Shown: positions 62,147 to 64,000 of the stretch, piece by piece | Layout of the letters: every line of letters starts with the position of its first letter | Numbering within the stretch: the first letter of the stretch is position 1 | From: Eremomyces bilateralis CBS 781.70 | Taxonomy: Eukaryota | NCBI GenBank assembly: GCA_010015585.1 | Contig: ML975160.1 | Direction: 5' to 3' (one strand) | Length of the DNA stretch: 64,000 nt | Translations under genes and position numbers: made by a program | The notes under the pieces: model-generated | The model's database searches: none | What the model saw: only the letters and a program-made list of their open reading frames with translations | What the model was told of the DNA's origin: nothing

Positions 62147-63425
62147 ATTGCTCGTGTATAAGTGCCGTAGATCGGTAGATCCTAGGCTCTAACCTCTTGG
62201 TTCTCAATGAAAAAAGGTGAGATGGGCAACGGATGGGTTGGTGCACCCAGCGACAAGGCGGTCTTTGTATGAAATCCTACCTTCAGATCGCGTTCTCGAG
62301 ATACGGGTAGACGGGTTAGTCGATCCATTACGTGGAGCTGTCAGGCTCAGGGAGATCTGCCAGGGCACCAGTTAGACGGAAGCCCTAGAAAAGAAAAGGA
62401 CCACCGTCCCAGCCAACAGGGCGACCAGTGGATCAGAACCATCTCGACTTACGGAACAGAAACCGGGATGATTGGGTTCACAAATTGGGGGAATGGGCCA
62501 AGCTGGTGTAAGAAGAAGGCAGCGTACCATAATTTACAGTGGAGGAAACCTCCTTGATGTGGTGGTGTGGACTGCAGTGGTGCTGTGCATGGTGGACTGC
62601 AGTGGTCGCGTGGGTCGTGGGACGTTCATGCGGGACGCTTCCGGTTCTATTTCCAACCTCTTTGGTTCAATCCAGCTCTCTTTGGTTCATTCAAGGATTT
62701 CAAGGTCTCTCGTTTTGCCATCAACTTGCATCGACGTCACAGCTGCAAGAAAACTCTGCAGTTGATACCAATGTCCATGTATTATCCCTGCTAGTCGATA
62801 AATGACGGAGGGGAGATGTCGTCCTGAGTCCTGTCTTGATCATCCTGTACTCGGTGTTGCCGTCTCATGGAGTCTGGATCCGATTCTTCTCTGTGTTCTG
62901 GATGGTGCACCTCCCTGGTTGACCGAGTGATCGACATGGATAGATAGGATAGGAACAGGGCGTGAACCCATGACGATGACTTGTTCCTATCGCCTGGCAG
63001 GATGACTATCGTTTGCTGCGGGTCATGCTTCGTTAACCTGTCATTTGTTCGTCATTCAGCAGGAGAAGTACTTCTGCAGCCAGCGACTTCATCACGCGTG
63101 TGCAGGTATCTAATATCTCTCTCGTCACGGATGGACAAGCATCCTGTGGGGGTGGCTGAACCGGTGAAGACCGACCAACTGACTCCGATGTTCAAGAATA
63201 TTGGACGGAGCTGGTGTACTGGCGCAGCTACCTGTTGGGGAGGTATACAAAGGATATACAAAGGAACAATATGATCTCTGACATGGCTTCGATATGTTGA
63301 ATGGACACAGGAACTCCCCCTTCATTCGAGCAGAATGGATGCCAGCCGGCAAGCGATGATTCGATACTTCAGGGAATCATACCAAATCTCAGAACCGTAA
63401 GTGAGAACAACAGTAGGATATTGCA

Positions 63426-64000
63426 ATGGCTTTCACGATGTTCTTCGTATCTCATCGAAGAGCCCTTATCATAGTCCTTGTCTTCGTCTTCCTATATCTG
63501 TCAACTTCCTTTCGCAATGTCAAAAGTCCTTCATTACTCGGTCTAAGTTCCACCCCTTCGCTCAATCCGCAACGACATCCGATAGAACATCTCATCCTCG
63601 AGGCGCTCAGTGACTTCCAACGTATATTGGAACACGAGTCCCATACGCTGAGCGATGCGGCAAAAGCATACCGCCAACGACGGGGTCGACATCCGCCTCC
63701 GCAATTCGATTCCTGGTTCAAGTTCGAGGAGTCCCAGAACGCAACCATCATCGAGGAGCTGTTCGACCAGATCTACGAGGACTTGGAGCCGTTCTGGGGG
63801 ATGTCCCAGATGGGCGTCCGGCAAGCGGCGAGGAGGGTCGATATGAGGAAAATTCGGATCCACGATGGCGTCGTGACTGGCGAAGGAGATACGGACGACG
63901 GGGATTTGCATCGATGGGTGCAGGCGCTGTCGAATATCTCCGTGTCGTTACCAGACGTCACACTACCGATCAATGGAATGACGCAGGCCCGCGTGCTCGC
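63426..64000 (+). CDS. Glycosyltransferase family 90 (Cap10/Cxt1-like), 5' part only, runs off the window
   Basis: Manual translation: MAFTMFFVSHRRALIIVLVFVFLYL (type II anchor) ... HPIEHLI ... AAKAYRQRRGRHPPPQFDSWFKF ... FDQIYEDLEPFWG. Missing from the ORF track because no stop occurs in the window. Confidence 0.85.
   Translation, partial: MAFTMFFVSHRRALIIVLVFVFLYLSTSFRNVKSPSLLGLSSTPSLNPQRHPIEHLILEALSDFQRILEHESHTLSDAAKAYRQRRGRHPPPQFDSWFKFEESQNATIIEELFDQIYEDLEPFWGMSQMGVRQAARRVDMRKIRIHDGVVTGEGDTDDGDLHRWVQALSNISVSLPDVTLPINGMTQARVL

Overview
Gene-dense chromosomal window of a filamentous ascomycete (Pezizomycotina), judged from short GT-AG introns with CTRAY branch points and fungal gene families. 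I can support 22 protein genes: DUF2235/Tle1-like lipase, DUF1770 protein, two cupredoxin-domain secreted proteins, an uncharacterised acidic protein, BrlA/Msn2-type C2H2 factor, DHA1 MFS transporter, prefoldin 4, calcineurin B, ALO1, LAMMER kinase, class-III aminotransferase, SRP19, a pepsin with a Pro/Gln repeat tail, DBP6, MHF2/CENP-X, GH2 beta-mannosidase, a Clr-2/ClrB-like Zn2Cys6 factor, PIG-A, DUF3455 protein, COY1 and a Vps3/TGFBRAP1-like protein. There is also a sulfotransferase-like P-loop gene, a 5'-partial GT90 gene at the right edge, and one intron-containing tRNA-Arg(UCG). The most striking non-genic structure is a 611-bp non-autonomous fold-back element (345-955) with apparently perfect 224-bp terminal inverted repeats, internal ~21-24-bp modular sub-repeats and an exact 9-bp target-site duplication (Mutator/Foldback-like). 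Other points of interest: an exact 95-bp tandem duplication, a 353-nt intron with competing base-pairing potential, the mannosidase/regulator gene pair, a tandem two-copper-site cupredoxin, zinc fingers with 13-14-residue Cys spacers, and alternating C-rich/G-rich blocks inside genes. All family calls come from motif recognition by eye; no database search was run. Exon boundaries were inferred manually.
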